From NCBI GenBank assembly GCA_039795875.1, contig JBDKKY010000002.1, forward strand, positions 1-54,341: a stretch of 54,341 nt of DNA, written 5' to 3'. This DNA is from Candidatus Parcubacteria bacterium. Lineage in GTDB: Bacteria > Patescibacteriota > Minisyncoccia > Phycocordibacterales > CAIZLB01. Of this stretch, positions 6,260 through 16,499 are shown piece after piece. Made by a program: the position numbers and the translations under genes. The notes beneath the pieces are model-generated. The model had not been told where the DNA came from. It searched no databases and saw only the letters and a program-made list of their open reading frames with translations. Position 1 is the first letter of the stretch, and each line of letters begins with the position of its first letter.

Positions 6260-9200
6260 TTATGTCAATTTTTTTACCGCTTCTAGCACCAGACCTTTTT
6301 TATCTTCTCGTGGCGAGAATTTAGCCTTCAAGACTATACAGGCCTCATTCTGAATAATCGCACGTACCTCGTCTACTTGCTTTGGAAATACTACCACTTC
6401 GATTTCTCCTGATAAATCTTTTAGTGTAAAGAAAATAATGCGTTTAGCGGGATCTTTCTTGGTCGGGATTTCTTTAACATTTTCAATAATGCCTCCAAGC
6501 ATATACACTTTTTCTTCTTGTCCTTCTGTCAGTACTTTTAAAATATCAACATCGCGCTTCTCAAGTACCGCTCTGTATTTGTCCAAAGGGTGTCCAGAAA
6601 TATAAAACCCTAGCAATTCTTTTTCCCACAAAAGGTATTGTTGTGTTGTCGCCGTAAACTCCTTTCGCACGGGAACTATACTATCATCAACTATTTCTGG
6701 CGTGCTTTGCATCGCCGGAGCCTCCGGCGAAGGCGTGAATAAATCAAACAGATTGCCCTGAGTCTTATCTTGCTTAGCGTGCGCCCGATTGTGATCGAGG
6801 TATCTATCCAGGTTCTCCAACAATTGCATGCGATCGCCCAGAGAATCCATGGCGCCGGTTTTGATCAGTGCTTCTAAAGATTTTTTATTTAAAGCTCGTT
6901 CCTGAATACGCTCTAGAAAATCTTCGATGCTCTTAAACGGTCCGTGCTCTTTTCTATTTTTAATAATTGAGTCAGCAATGGCCTCGCCAAAGTTTTTGAC
7001 ACTATACAATCCAAATCGAATGCCGTCTTTGCCGGTTTTATCTTTGACTACAGTAAATGTACCCGAACTCTCATTGATGTCAGGTGGTAAGATGTTGATA
7101 CCCATACGTCGACATTCTTTGATAGAGACCGCAACACCATCGGTATCGCCAGCTTCTGCACTCAAGATGGCTGCCATGTATTCACTAGGAAAGTTAGCCT
7201 TTAGATAGGCGGTAATATAGGCCACTCGTCCATACGATACAGAGTGAGCTTTGTTAAATCCGTATGAGGCAAATGGTTCAATCCATTTCCATACATCACG
7301 TGCTTTTGTGTCACTCCAACCACTATGGGTGACACAACCTTTGATAAATTTTTCTTTTTGGAGAGCCATCTCTTCTGGAATTTTCTTTCCTACCGCTTTT
7401 CGAAATTTGTCCACTTCACCCCAACTGTAGCCGGCAATCTTGTGGGCCATCATCAACAAGTCGTCCTGGTACACAAGAACTCCATACGTTTTGTACAAGA
7501 TTTCCTCAAGAAGGGGATCGGCGTAGGTGATAAGTGTTGGATTGTGTTTTCGTTCGACATACAGAGGAATAAATTGAATAGGTCCTGGTCGATACAAAGC
7601 CACCATCGCGTTGATATCGTGGATTGTTGTGGGTTTTAGATCAACCAGATACTTAGTCATACCGTCCCCGTTCAATTGAAATAAGTCTTGAGTTTCTCCT
7701 CGTGCAAGCATTTCAAATGTTTTTTTATCGTCGAGTTTAATATTGTCAATATCGATGTCAATACCATACGTGTCGCGTACCATCTTTTTACATTCAAAGA
7801 TAATCTTCAAGTTTTTCAAACCCAAGAAGTCAAATTTCAAAAGGCCGGCTTCCTCGATTGAGTACATGTCATATTGACTGATAATTTTATTTTCTCCCTT
7901 GGTATCATATTGCAATGGTGTATAGTCCGTTAAAGCACTTGGAGAGATAACTACACCAGCGGCGTGCACCGAGATGTGTCGAGCACAACCTTCGATCTTC
8001 TGAGCCATGTCGATAATAGTTCGTACATCGGGATTTGTATCATACAACTCTTTGAGTGCCGGCGTGATCTCGATCGCATGTTTGATCGTCATAGTGAAGC
8101 CTTGAGAACCGAGAGGAATCAGTTTGGAAATCTGGTCACCAAGCGTATAAGGAAACCCTAACGCACGGGCTACATCTTTCACACTCCCTTTAGCCGCCAT
8201 AGTTCCAAAGGTTCCGATCTGGGCCACTTTATCAATACCGTATTTTTGTCGAGCATAATCAACTACTTGGTCTCGTTTATCATCGGCAAAGTCCATATCG
8301 ATATCCGGTGCGGATGGACGCTCTGGGTTTAGAAATCGTTCGAAGGGGATTTGAAACTCGAGGGGATCGATATGGGTGATGCCAGAGAGATATGTCACCA
8401 TCGATCCAGAAACCGAGCCTCGAATGTTGGTTAAGATCTCGTGCTCTTTGGCGAACGCCAACAGATCAGACACAATCAGAAAGTAGGGAGAATATCCCTT
8501 ATTCTTGATAACTTCCAATTCGTACTCAACTCTTTTTAAAATCTCTTCACTCTGAGGAACATTTCTTTTTGCAAATCCGGCAAATACCACATCACGCAAG
8601 GCCTCATCTGCATTTTTTCCTGGGGGCAATTCGATTTTGGGAAACACCCACTTACCCAATTCAATTTCCCAATTACACATATCGGCGATTTTGCTGCTAT
8701 TTTCTACGGCCTGCTTATATAGCGCGTCCAACGCTGGATTATTTTCGTCTGTAAATAATTCTTCAATACGGTCTGGCGAGAGGAAAGAGTAGTCAACGTC
8801 ATCCTCGGAAAATCGCTCTGGTGAACTTGATTGGACAGACATCATGGTTGACCGAGCTTTTTTATCTTCAGGGTCCATGTAGTAGACGTCGTTAGTGGCG
8901 ACTACTGGTATATTATTTTTTTGGATAAATCGCAGGATTCGAGCCTCGGCCTGATTGTCATCAATGATTTCGACGTGTCGAGTGATTTCATAAAATACAG
9001 AATCTTCTCCATATATCTTTTGCAATAACCAAAACTCTTTGAGTGCAGTTTCTTCATCATCCATTTTCAAAGCATCAGAAATCTTGCTGTGCAAAAAAGG
9101 GACAATGCAAATCAGATCTTTGGCATATTTTTCTATCAGTTCTGCATCAAGTCGAGGTTTGTAATAATATCCTTCGATGTAGGAATCCGTTACAAGTTTG

Positions 9201-9505
9201 ATGAGATTTAAATATCCTTCATAATTTTTAGCTAGAAGTAGATGGCGAGTTCTTTTGGTGTCGAGGCGACCTTCTTTGTCATGGCGAGTTCTATTGGCAA
9301 CATAAAAATCTACGCCCAAGATCGGTTTGATACCGGCATCTTTACATTCTTTATAAAATTCAATGGCGCCATACAGGTTTCCGTTGTCGGTGAGTGCGAC
9401 GGCATTCATCCCATAGGCCTTAGCTCGTTTTACAATATCTCCAATCTTAGGTACCGCCTGGAGGAGACTGTAGTGGCTGTGGACATGGAGGTGGGTGAAA
9501 GGCAT
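6260..9505 (-). CDS. dnaE: DNA polymerase III alpha subunit
   Basis: 1081 aa. It has an N-terminal PHP domain (FTHLHVHSHYSLL), polymerase core motifs and an OB-fold C-terminus. Confidence 0.95.
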   Translation of the reverse strand: MPFTHLHVHSHYSLLQAVPKIGDIVKRAKAYGMNAVALTDNGNLYGAIEFYKECKDAGIKPILGVDFYVANRTRHDKEGRLDTKRTRHLLLAKNYEGYLNLIKLVTDSYIEGYYYKPRLDAELIEKYAKDLICIVPFLHSKISDALKMDDEETALKEFWLLQKIYGEDSVFYEITRHVEIIDDNQAEARILRFIQKNNIPVVATNDVYYMDPEDKKARSTMMSVQSSSPERFSEDDVDYSFLSPDRIEELFTDENNPALDALYKQAVENSSKIADMCNWEIELGKWVFPKIELPPGKNADEALRDVVFAGFAKRNVPQSEEILKRVEYELEVIKNKGYSPYFLIVSDLLAFAKEHEILTNIRGSVSGSMVTYLSGITHIDPLEFQIPFERFLNPERPSAPDIDMDFADDKRDQVVDYARQKYGIDKVAQIGTFGTMAAKGSVKDVARALGFPYTLGDQISKLIPLGSQGFTMTIKHAIEITPALKELYDTNPDVRTIIDMAQKIEGCARHISVHAAGVVISPSALTDYTPLQYDTKGENKIISQYDMYSIEEAGLLKFDFLGLKNLKIIFECKKMVRDTYGIDIDIDNIKLDDKKTFEMLARGETQDLFQLNGDGMTKYLVDLKPTTIHDINAMVALYRPGPIQFIPLYVERKHNPTLITYADPLLEEILYKTYGVLVYQDDLLMMAHKIAGYSWGEVDKFRKAVGKKIPEEMALQKEKFIKGCVTHSGWSDTKARDVWKWIEPFASYGFNKAHSVSYGRVAYITAYLKANFPSEYMAAILSAEAGDTDGVAVSIKECRRMGINILPPDINESSGTFTVVKDKTGKDGIRFGLYSVKNFGEAIADSIIKNRKEHGPFKSIEDFLERIQERALNKKSLEALIKTGAMDSLGDRMQLLENLDRYLDHNRAHAKQDKTQGNLFDLFTPSPEAPAMQSTPEIVDDSIVPVRKEFTATTQQYLLWEKELLGFYISGHPLDKYRAVLEKRDVDILKVLTEGQEEKVYMLGGIIENVKEIPTKKDPAKRIIFFTLKDLSGEIEVVVFPKQVDEVRAIIQNEACIVLKAKFSPREDKKGLVLEAVKKLT

Positions 9506-9536
9506 GTGTCTCTATTATACTGAAATCTTAGATAAT

Positions 9537-9581
9537 AAAAACCCCAGGCGAGACGCGTGTTTTATGTGCGTGTCGCGGGGG
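9537..9581 (-). terminator. minus-strand intrinsic terminator just upstream of the dnaE promoter
   Basis: The minus strand reads CCCCCGCGACACGC-loop-GCGUCUCGCCUGGGG followed by UUUUUAUUAU, with about 12 bp pairable. Confidence 0.5.
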
Positions 9582-9794
9582 TATGGGTGCCCCATGTCTG
9601 AGGTCTACTGTGTTTCTTCTGCAATGCGACGGTGAATTTGATGTAAGCACCAAATAATCCTTTCATTCCATATGGGCCTAGGCGGCTAGTTAGGAAGGGT
9701 ATGATGAGGGTGGGGCAGACATATGGGTGGTTGGGCTGAAGTTGTTGGCACGAAAACAGACCTCTGACACGGAATGTGCAGAAGCCTGTCTTAT

Positions 9795-10547
9795 TTATCT
9801 CTTCGCCAATAGTTCGTCAACGATTCGTTGCAAGATCTCAAATGGTAGGGCTCCCAAACTTCGGCCTTCGTTGTTGATCAAAGGAATATATTGATCTTTA
9901 TAATAGAGCACTGTGTATGGGGTTCCTTGTGCTCCAGCCTTTAGACCGGCATCGTAGGATTCTTTAACTTTCTTTGCGTATTTTCCACTATCCATACAAG
10001 CTTTGAATTTATCTTTATCCAATCCTTGTTTGACGGCGATATCTGGCAGTGTTGATAGGACCAATCCGGCCCCGTTGTGATCGATTGATGCATAGACCGC
10101 GTCCAAATATTTCCAAAATACTGGGTCTCCGCCAAGCTCATAGGCGCATTCTGTTGACTCAGCTGCTTTGGCCGCACTTGGATGAAGAGGGTCTTGTCCA
10201 TATGAGAGAGGAAAATGTCGATAGACCCAAGCAATCTTATTGTCTTTGCTGTATTGATTAAATAGTTCTGCCATAGTTGTCTGGAACACCTGACAGAAAG
10301 GGCATTGGATATCAGAGTATTCGATGAAAACAATTGTTGCGTTCTTATCTCCACGGATGTGATCAACAGAGCTCACTGGCGCAACCTCTATCTTTGGTTT
10401 GGTCATAGCGTTGTTGATAGCATCAACTCCAACTGTGTCGCTGGATGATCCACGGAAAAAGAGGGCAGTAGCAATTAAGATTCCGGCAAGTAATATTGCT
10501 GCAGGAGTAATCCACTGCATTTTATTTGATTTTGTTGTAGGTTCCAT
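9795..10547 (-). CDS. membrane-anchored DsbA-family thiol:disulfide oxidoreductase
   Basis: N-terminal TM segment, then a thioredoxin fold with the CPFC active site (FIEYSDIQCPFCQVF). Confidence 0.8.
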   Translation of the reverse strand: MEPTTKSNKMQWITPAAILLAGILIATALFFRGSSSDTVGVDAINNAMTKPKIEVAPVSSVDHIRGDKNATIVFIEYSDIQCPFCQVFQTTMAELFNQYSKDNKIAWVYRHFPLSYGQDPLHPSAAKAAESTECAYELGGDPVFWKYLDAVYASIDHNGAGLVLSTLPDIAVKQGLDKDKFKACMDSGKYAKKVKESYDAGLKAGAQGTPYTVLYYKDQYIPLINNEGRSLGALPFEILQRIVDELLAKR

Positions 10548-10586
10548 GCGGATAAGTATATCAAGAACCTGTACTTGCTTCCACTT

Positions 10587-11168
10587 TTAAAATGGCAAAC
10601 TGTATGTCATACGCACATCTTGGTCAGGACTTTGTTCCCAGTTGCGCGGGTCAAGTGGCACCGTTCGCTTTTCCTTCCCATCCATATAAAATAGTTTTTG
10701 CTCTTTCAGCGCATATTCATATACGTCTTTGGTCACCTGCACGTCGGCAGTACAGTAATCGATGATTTTTTGAATCTCGCCTTTTCGCCACCAGGTGATA
10801 GCCTCGAGTCCGTTACCGGTTTTTCCTTTGTTTAGAGTTGCTTGTGCAACCGAGTCCAAACCTACTCGTCGCCCGATTACTTTTTGTATTTCTTTAAGAA
10901 GATCAATGTGTCGAAACTTAGTTAAGTCACCGTTGTAATATTTATTCAGAATAGGTAAATCAAAGTGTTCGCCGTTATAGGTGATCAACAGATCAGCTTT
11001 CTCTAGGATGGGCCACAAAGTAGGGAGGGTCTCTATACTGTAGCTGCTGTATTTGCCTGTATCCGATTCATAGATACACATGATGGATAAATCCAAAGCG
11101 ATTGGGTCATTTTTCCCTACCTCGGCAAATGTATTTTGGGTTTCGATGTCGAGAACAACTTTTTTCAT
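10587..11168 (-). CDS. DEDD / RNase H-fold 3-prime to 5-prime exonuclease-like protein
   Basis: VVLDIETQN (ExoI-like), ITYNGEHFDLPIL (ExoII-like) and IIDYCTADVQVT (ExoIII-like). Its start overlaps the upstream gene's stop (TAATG). Confidence 0.6.
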   Translation of the reverse strand: MKKVVLDIETQNTFAEVGKNDPIALDLSIMCIYESDTGKYSSYSIETLPTLWPILEKADLLITYNGEHFDLPILNKYYNGDLTKFRHIDLLKEIQKVIGRRVGLDSVAQATLNKGKTGNGLEAITWWRKGEIQKIIDYCTADVQVTKDVYEYALKEQKLFYMDGKEKRTVPLDPRNWEQSPDQDVRMTYSLPF

Positions 11169-11557
11169 TATTGTGTGAGAACTTTATTGTGTCGTACGCC
11201 CCGCAAGAGTGTTAAGAATACATAGAGGAACAGTACCCCGATAGCCAGTGTCAGCCAGACATTTATTGGTTGCTGAAAAAAGATTCTATTTACAATTGCA
11301 CTGACAGTATCCAGCAGTTTAACCGCGGCTAAGACTATTCCTAGAATCAAGAGGATTCTATTATTTTTCCAAATACCAACAATAGTTGTGATACAAATCA
11401 AAACCGTCAAGGAAATCAGGACTACCGGCCAAGCAGAAAGTTCTATGCCGAGGTCCACTGCAGCGTACAATAGTGTGAGGAAGTATATAAATAGAGCGCC
11501 GTATGCACCATAAATAATCGTACAGGCGATCTTGTGGCCGAGTGGTATGTTTTTCAT
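11168..11557 (-). CDS. integral membrane protein (the ORF track TTG start is at 11575)
   Basis: Four hydrophobic spans. The ATG at 11557 lies 6 nt downstream of a TGcTATAAT box on the minus strand. Confidence 0.5.
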   Translation of the reverse strand: MKNIPLGHKIACTIIYGAYGALFIYFLTLLYAAVDLGIELSAWPVVLISLTVLICITTIVGIWKNNRILLILGIVLAAVKLLDTVSAIVNRIFFQQPINVWLTLAIGVLFLYVFLTLLRGVRHNKVLTQ

Positions 11558-11588
11558 GCCCAGATTATAGCACAATAGTTAGGACATT

Positions 11589-13487
11589 CTACTTCTTGCC
11601 CCGTTTTTCACTGGTATACAATTCTTTATATACCATACAGGTCTTTAAGAGTTTGTTATGTGTACCATCGCCCACTATTTTACCCTCATCAAACACCAGG
11701 ATTCGTGTGGCGGCTACTGGTACGTCGGTCATGTTGTGGCAGACGAAGAGCAAGATTTTGGCTGGGTCAAATACGGCCAATTTTTCAAAAATAGTTTTAG
11801 CAGATATGGCATCGATAGCTGAAGTTGGTTCATCCAAGATCATGATCGGAGCATCTTTATAGAATGCCCGAGCCAAGGCGAGTTTCTGCCACTGGCCCTT
11901 AGACGGCTTAACACCTTTAAATGGAACGCCGAGCTGTTGGGTATATTTGTCCTTCCATTTCTCGATAAAATCTGTCGCTGTCGCTTGGTCCGCGGCCCAT
12001 CTTACTCGGTCTAGGTTCGGATCGTTGATTTCTGATAGTCCAATATATTCATGGACCTTAAGGTTTGTTTGAGCGTAGTCTTGGAAGAGGACGGAGTAAT
12101 ATTTTTGTACATCGGCCTGGTTCATATCTTTTAAAATGTTCCCAAACACTGCCACTGTGCCGGCTGTCGGTTGATACAGATTTAATACCAATTGAATGAA
12201 TGTTGTTTTGCCGTGTCCGTTTTTACCAACTATCGCTACTCGTTCGCCGGGAAATATTTCTAAGGTTGGTATTGTTAGTGTGAATGGTTTGCGATCTTCT
12301 TGTTCAGAAACAACATCCTCGGTCTTTAATTTAAAATATTTTTCTGATGCGGCGTCTAACTCGGCGGTGAGTACTCGCATTTCTTTGAACTCTACTTCAG
12401 GATATTCAAATGCAACATCTGAGATTTTAATCCCGGCTGCGAGTTGAACTGTTGGTGTTGGAAGAGTGGTTGCCTCAATATTTTCTTCCGTTGTTAAATA
12501 CAAGAACAAATATTTTGCCGCTAGCACATTGGTGTGTTGTTCGGGTAAGAACCAGGCGAGTTCTTGAAGTGTATATTGCAGTCTGAATGCTTGAGCGATC
12601 ACCAGGGTCGCCTGTCCAATCAGTATTGTTCCAAATACGACATCTTTAATAACAAAATATTGGACCATACATCCGACGAATAAAGAAAGTAGGCTTGCAA
12701 AGAATCCCATGTCTACGTATTTTTTGTAGAGCGCAAAGATAGAATCTCGTATGTACTCTCGTCGCACTCTAAAAATATCTAACAGATAAGACGCTGACCC
12801 TGAAGCTTTGGTGTCTTTAAGAGATGTATAATTGGAAAAATGTTTTTCATACACACCGGTAATACGATTATATGTCAATTTATTTTCCCACTCTTTTCTA
12901 ATAGCAAATGATTCCGTAAATGCAATTGTAAATCCTGGCAAAGTGGATAAGAGAAGGACTAAAACCAATGATGGATTAAAGTTATATACTATTACGGCCG
13001 AGAAAATAATATTAATGATAATCCGTATAAGGTCTGGCAAGCGAGTAATGAGGGCCACTTGAGAATCGAACCCTGCGCCGCTATATTCGATACGTTGATT
13101 AAGCTGGTCATAGTCTTCTGAATCAATAAAAGGGATAGTGAAGGTTGCTTTCTTCTTTTGCCTTTCTACCGCTACCAACAGTTTGATTTTGTTTTGCCAC
13201 AGCCAGTTGACGGTTCTGCGAAGCCAGCTGAATATCTCTTCAACAACCTGAATTCCAACAACGACAGTAAATACAGGTACAAGCAGCGCAATAAGTTCGC
13301 TACCAAAATTTTGTTGCATGCTATCGGCAAGCCGTGCTGAAGCAATGGCTAAGCAGTTAGTAATAATGGGGAAGGCTAGTAGGATACCCATTCGTACGAT
13401 AGTCCCTCTTTTATCAAACTTATACACGTATGAGAGGCACTGCCAAAGGACTTTGATATATTCTTTTACGGTGTAAAAATATTTCAT
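11589..13487 (-). CDS. ABC transporter, fused permease and ATPase (exporter type)
   Basis: N-terminal six-TM region. Walker A is GKNGHGKTT, the signature is PSKGQWQKLALARA, and Walker B is IMILDEPTSAID. Confidence 0.85.
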   Translation of the reverse strand: MKYFYTVKEYIKVLWQCLSYVYKFDKRGTIVRMGILLAFPIITNCLAIASARLADSMQQNFGSELIALLVPVFTVVVGIQVVEEIFSWLRRTVNWLWQNKIKLLVAVERQKKKATFTIPFIDSEDYDQLNQRIEYSGAGFDSQVALITRLPDLIRIIINIIFSAVIVYNFNPSLVLVLLLSTLPGFTIAFTESFAIRKEWENKLTYNRITGVYEKHFSNYTSLKDTKASGSASYLLDIFRVRREYIRDSIFALYKKYVDMGFFASLLSLFVGCMVQYFVIKDVVFGTILIGQATLVIAQAFRLQYTLQELAWFLPEQHTNVLAAKYLFLYLTTEENIEATTLPTPTVQLAAGIKISDVAFEYPEVEFKEMRVLTAELDAASEKYFKLKTEDVVSEQEDRKPFTLTIPTLEIFPGERVAIVGKNGHGKTTFIQLVLNLYQPTAGTVAVFGNILKDMNQADVQKYYSVLFQDYAQTNLKVHEYIGLSEINDPNLDRVRWAADQATATDFIEKWKDKYTQQLGVPFKGVKPSKGQWQKLALARAFYKDAPIMILDEPTSAIDAISAKTIFEKLAVFDPAKILLFVCHNMTDVPVAATRILVFDEGKIVGDGTHNKLLKTCMVYKELYTSEKRGKK

Positions 13488-13637
13488 ATCATCTAAATAT
13501 ACGTGTTCGTCAACACCCTTGTCAAGTCTCGGTTTGTATTTTATTATTTGTATGCTACAATACAGATATAATTTATTAGAGTATGTCTATTGCATAAGTC
13601 AATTGTGGAGCCGGTGCTGTACTAATATAATATATCT

Positions 13638-13829
13638 ATGATAACAATCTCTGCTGCAAAAAAACAAAGCAAAGATACATTAATCAAGACTATACATAAA
13701 AAATATGGTGTGACTTTAGACTATACATCTGATGCAACACTCTATAAATCTCTTAAAAATAAAGGATTACCCTCATTATCCAAACTCCTTCAACTTGGTA
13801 AGACAGAGACTGTTAAGCATGCAAGATAG
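13638..13829 (+). CDS. small hypothetical protein (63 aa)
   Basis: An ORF only, in a very AT-rich islet. No motif recognised. Confidence 0.3.
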   Translation: MITISAAKKQSKDTLIKTIHKKYGVTLDYTSDATLYKSLKNKGLPSLSKLLQLGKTETVKHAR

Positions 13830-13850
13830 TTAAGCAATTGGACTCAATAC

Positions 13851-14396
13851 ATGATTTTTGATTTTATACCAGATCAAGATATAAGAAAAAACCTAGAAAA
13901 TGCTGTAGATTTTATACTAGTTCTTATTGAGAAGCAGAAAGATGCATCAGAATCAGATACTTCGTTGTACATGGAAGAGATAAATAGAGTCTTAATTCTG
14001 TATATTGTCTCAATAATTGAGGCGCTTTTAAGCTACATATATCACTTACACCCTGATAAAATGACTAGATTGGAATATAAGGAGATTAAAGAAATAGGAA
14101 AGAATTATATCAATAGTAAAATCGCGGGAAAAGTTGTGGCTGCGGTCCAGGTGCATGTAGAAAGACAGAGCTCAGAGATTACTCTAAAATCCCTAATAGA
14201 GTTTCTTCAGCATAAAAAGATATTGAAAAAGGAAACAGCAGAGGCGATTCGTAAGTTTAATCACATTAGAAACAGTGTTCATTTAAGTAAGGCCAGAAAA
14301 GGGGAGGGTTGTAGTGTAGATCTAGTTGAAGAGGCTGTGCATCTATTGATTAAGGTGCGAGCTGGATCACGAAAAGCGATTGTTTCTTTTAAGTAG
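13851..14396 (+). CDS. hypothetical alpha-helical protein (181 aa)
   Basis: An ORF in the AT-rich islet, with helical heptad-like composition. It contains IRNSVH, which is reminiscent of a HEPN R-x-H motif but shorter. Confidence 0.45.
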   Translation: MIFDFIPDQDIRKNLENAVDFILVLIEKQKDASESDTSLYMEEINRVLILYIVSIIEALLSYIYHLHPDKMTRLEYKEIKEIGKNYINSKIAGKVVAAVQVHVERQSSEITLKSLIEFLQHKKILKKETAEAIRKFNHIRNSVHLSKARKGEGCSVDLVEEAVHLLIKVRAGSRKAIVSFK

Positions 14397-14407
14397 GTTG
14401 CTATTGA

Positions 14408-15664
14408 TTATAATTGTTTGACCTCAAACTTTTTCTCAGTGACTTCGTTTTCTCCAATCACCGTTATGTTTTTGATGCCTAATTTTTCTGCCAATTTTAT
14501 ATTGTCGGGATATTTTCGAGAGGTGTAGTTAACAGCTACGTTTTTTCCTGTTTGCCGAAGCTCAGCCGCAACTTCATCAGCGTATACAACAGTGGCTTCG
14601 TTGTCATCGAGTACACAAACTAGAATCTCAGTCGCTGCCTGGTACGGAGGTATCAGGTTCCGTGATTCTAAGAAGTTTTGCATGGCCACATCACCATATC
14701 CAAAACCAACACCCGAGATAGATGATTCGTCAGCCGCTCCTTCAAAAATATCTACCAGATTGTCATATCGTCCACCGCCGAACAGTGCGCGATTATTTTG
14801 AGGATCGGTATCCTTAACTTCAAATACGAGACCTGTGTAATAATCCAATCCTCGAACAATATCTGTATCGAAAATGATATTTGCAATACCTTCTTTTTTG
14901 GCTAGAGCCACGGTGTCAAGAATGGCGTCAAGAGGTTCTTTTACTCCTGGCATATTTTTCATAAATGTCAGGTCAGATGAATCGTTCACATCCAAAAGTT
15001 TTTTATCAGAAATCTTGACATATTCAGCGGCAAATTCTTCGGCTGAAATTTTGTTTTTCTTATCTGTTAACTTTTGAAATGCTAAAGCCTGTTCGGTATT
15101 CAATTCATAATAATCAGTGTAGAGCGCATTGATAAAAGCTCGAGAGTTAACTCGTATCTCATAATCGCTGTCTTTAGCTTGAAATGCTTTCATGATGGTC
15201 GAGACTACTTGTAAGATCTCCACATCATATCGAGGGCTAGGTTTTTTGGTGAGTAGGTCGACGTTCAATTGCCAAAACTCTCTTAGTCTGCCTCGTTGTG
15301 GTCGTTCGTATCGGAAACAGTTTGGAATAGAGAAAAGTCGCAGTGGAAAACCAAGCTCGCGTTTTCGAGCTGCCACCATACGTGCCAATGTTGGAGTCAT
15401 CTCAGGACGCAGAGTAACTTCACGATCGCCTCGATCAGTAAATGTATATGATTGTGCATTCACAATCTCATCTCCAGATTTGGCCTTATAGATCTCAGTG
15501 TTTTCAAGCACAGAGGCATCATATTCTTCATATCCAAAAGATTGGACTGCTTTTCTCCATGTATCGAACATAAAATGTTGCACGAAAAGGTCGGTAGGGT
15601 AAAAATCACGAACCCCTTTATAAGATTCTGTTGATAGTTTTTTTGACGGGTCTTTTTCGGTCAT
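14408..15664 (-). CDS. hisS: histidyl-tRNA synthetase
   Basis: Class-II motifs: LRPEMTP, FRYERPQRGRLREFWQ, GGGRYDNL. Confidence 0.95.
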   Translation of the reverse strand: MTEKDPSKKLSTESYKGVRDFYPTDLFVQHFMFDTWRKAVQSFGYEEYDASVLENTEIYKAKSGDEIVNAQSYTFTDRGDREVTLRPEMTPTLARMVAARKRELGFPLRLFSIPNCFRYERPQRGRLREFWQLNVDLLTKKPSPRYDVEILQVVSTIMKAFQAKDSDYEIRVNSRAFINALYTDYYELNTEQALAFQKLTDKKNKISAEEFAAEYVKISDKKLLDVNDSSDLTFMKNMPGVKEPLDAILDTVALAKKEGIANIIFDTDIVRGLDYYTGLVFEVKDTDPQNNRALFGGGRYDNLVDIFEGAADESSISGVGFGYGDVAMQNFLESRNLIPPYQAATEILVCVLDDNEATVVYADEVAAELRQTGKNVAVNYTSRKYPDNIKLAEKLGIKNITVIGENEVTEKKFEVKQL

Positions 15665-15714
15665 ATGTTGTTATATATAGCATATTTGAGGGTTTGAGGG
15701 TATAGTTCTAATAT

Positions 15715-16470
15715 ATGAGCGACGTCTTCATGAATATTCCTAAGGAGGGTATGTCTTACAGTGATTTGGACATGAAACACGTAGAAGAGGGATATCTCTC
15801 GATTTATAAGAAGGTTGGCTGCACACCACTACAGGTACAAGAAGAGATCCAGGCCCAGATCGACGTGTCGAGTACGATGACATATGTCGGTCGGTTGGAT
15901 CCTATGGCTGAAGGTTGGTTTGATATAGTGTTCAATGGCGATATGACGCTTAAAGAGAAATTGATGGCCAAAGATAAAACCTATGAGATCGATATACTAT
16001 TTGGATTCAATACAGATACTGGAGACATCTTGGGCAAAGTGGTGGAAAAAGGCAAGGGTGACATCTCACCGGTAACGTTGCGAGCGATTCTGCCTTCGTA
16101 TGTTGGTAAATTTATTTGGAATTATCCAGCTTATTCTTCGCCGATGCTGGGTAAGAAAGAAGGAGATATTATAAAACAAAAGGAAATTGAAATTTATTCT
16201 ATAGATTTTTTAAAGGAAAGAATAATTTCAGCTCAAGATTTATTAGGGGAGATTACAGAAAAACTGAGTTTATCAAAAATGACAGGGGACTTTAGATTGG
16301 ATGAGGTTCAAGGGGCATGGCAGGAAAAATTGGAAACCCTGACAGGGTCTTTTGTTGTTGTAACAATAAAAGTTCATTGTTCTTCAGGAGCATATATGAG
16401 AACATTGGCAGAAAAATTGGGCCAAGAATTATCGACGACGGCGTTGGCTTTTGCTATTAAGAGAGTCTAA
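15715..16470 (+). CDS. truB: tRNA pseudouridine-55 synthase-like protein (short TruB)
   Basis: VGRLDPMAEG catalytic Asp motif, KTYEIDILFGFNTDTGD, and HCSSGAYMRTLAEKLG, which resembles CSKGTYIR of TruB. Confidence 0.75.
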   Translation: MSDVFMNIPKEGMSYSDLDMKHVEEGYLSIYKKVGCTPLQVQEEIQAQIDVSSTMTYVGRLDPMAEGWFDIVFNGDMTLKEKLMAKDKTYEIDILFGFNTDTGDILGKVVEKGKGDISPVTLRAILPSYVGKFIWNYPAYSSPMLGKKEGDIIKQKEIEIYSIDFLKERIISAQDLLGEITEKLSLSKMTGDFRLDEVQGAWQEKLETLTGSFVVVTIKVHCSSGAYMRTLAEKLGQELSTTALAFAIKRV

Positions 16471-16499
16471 AGCTTTTCTTTATATTTTGATAAATAGGT

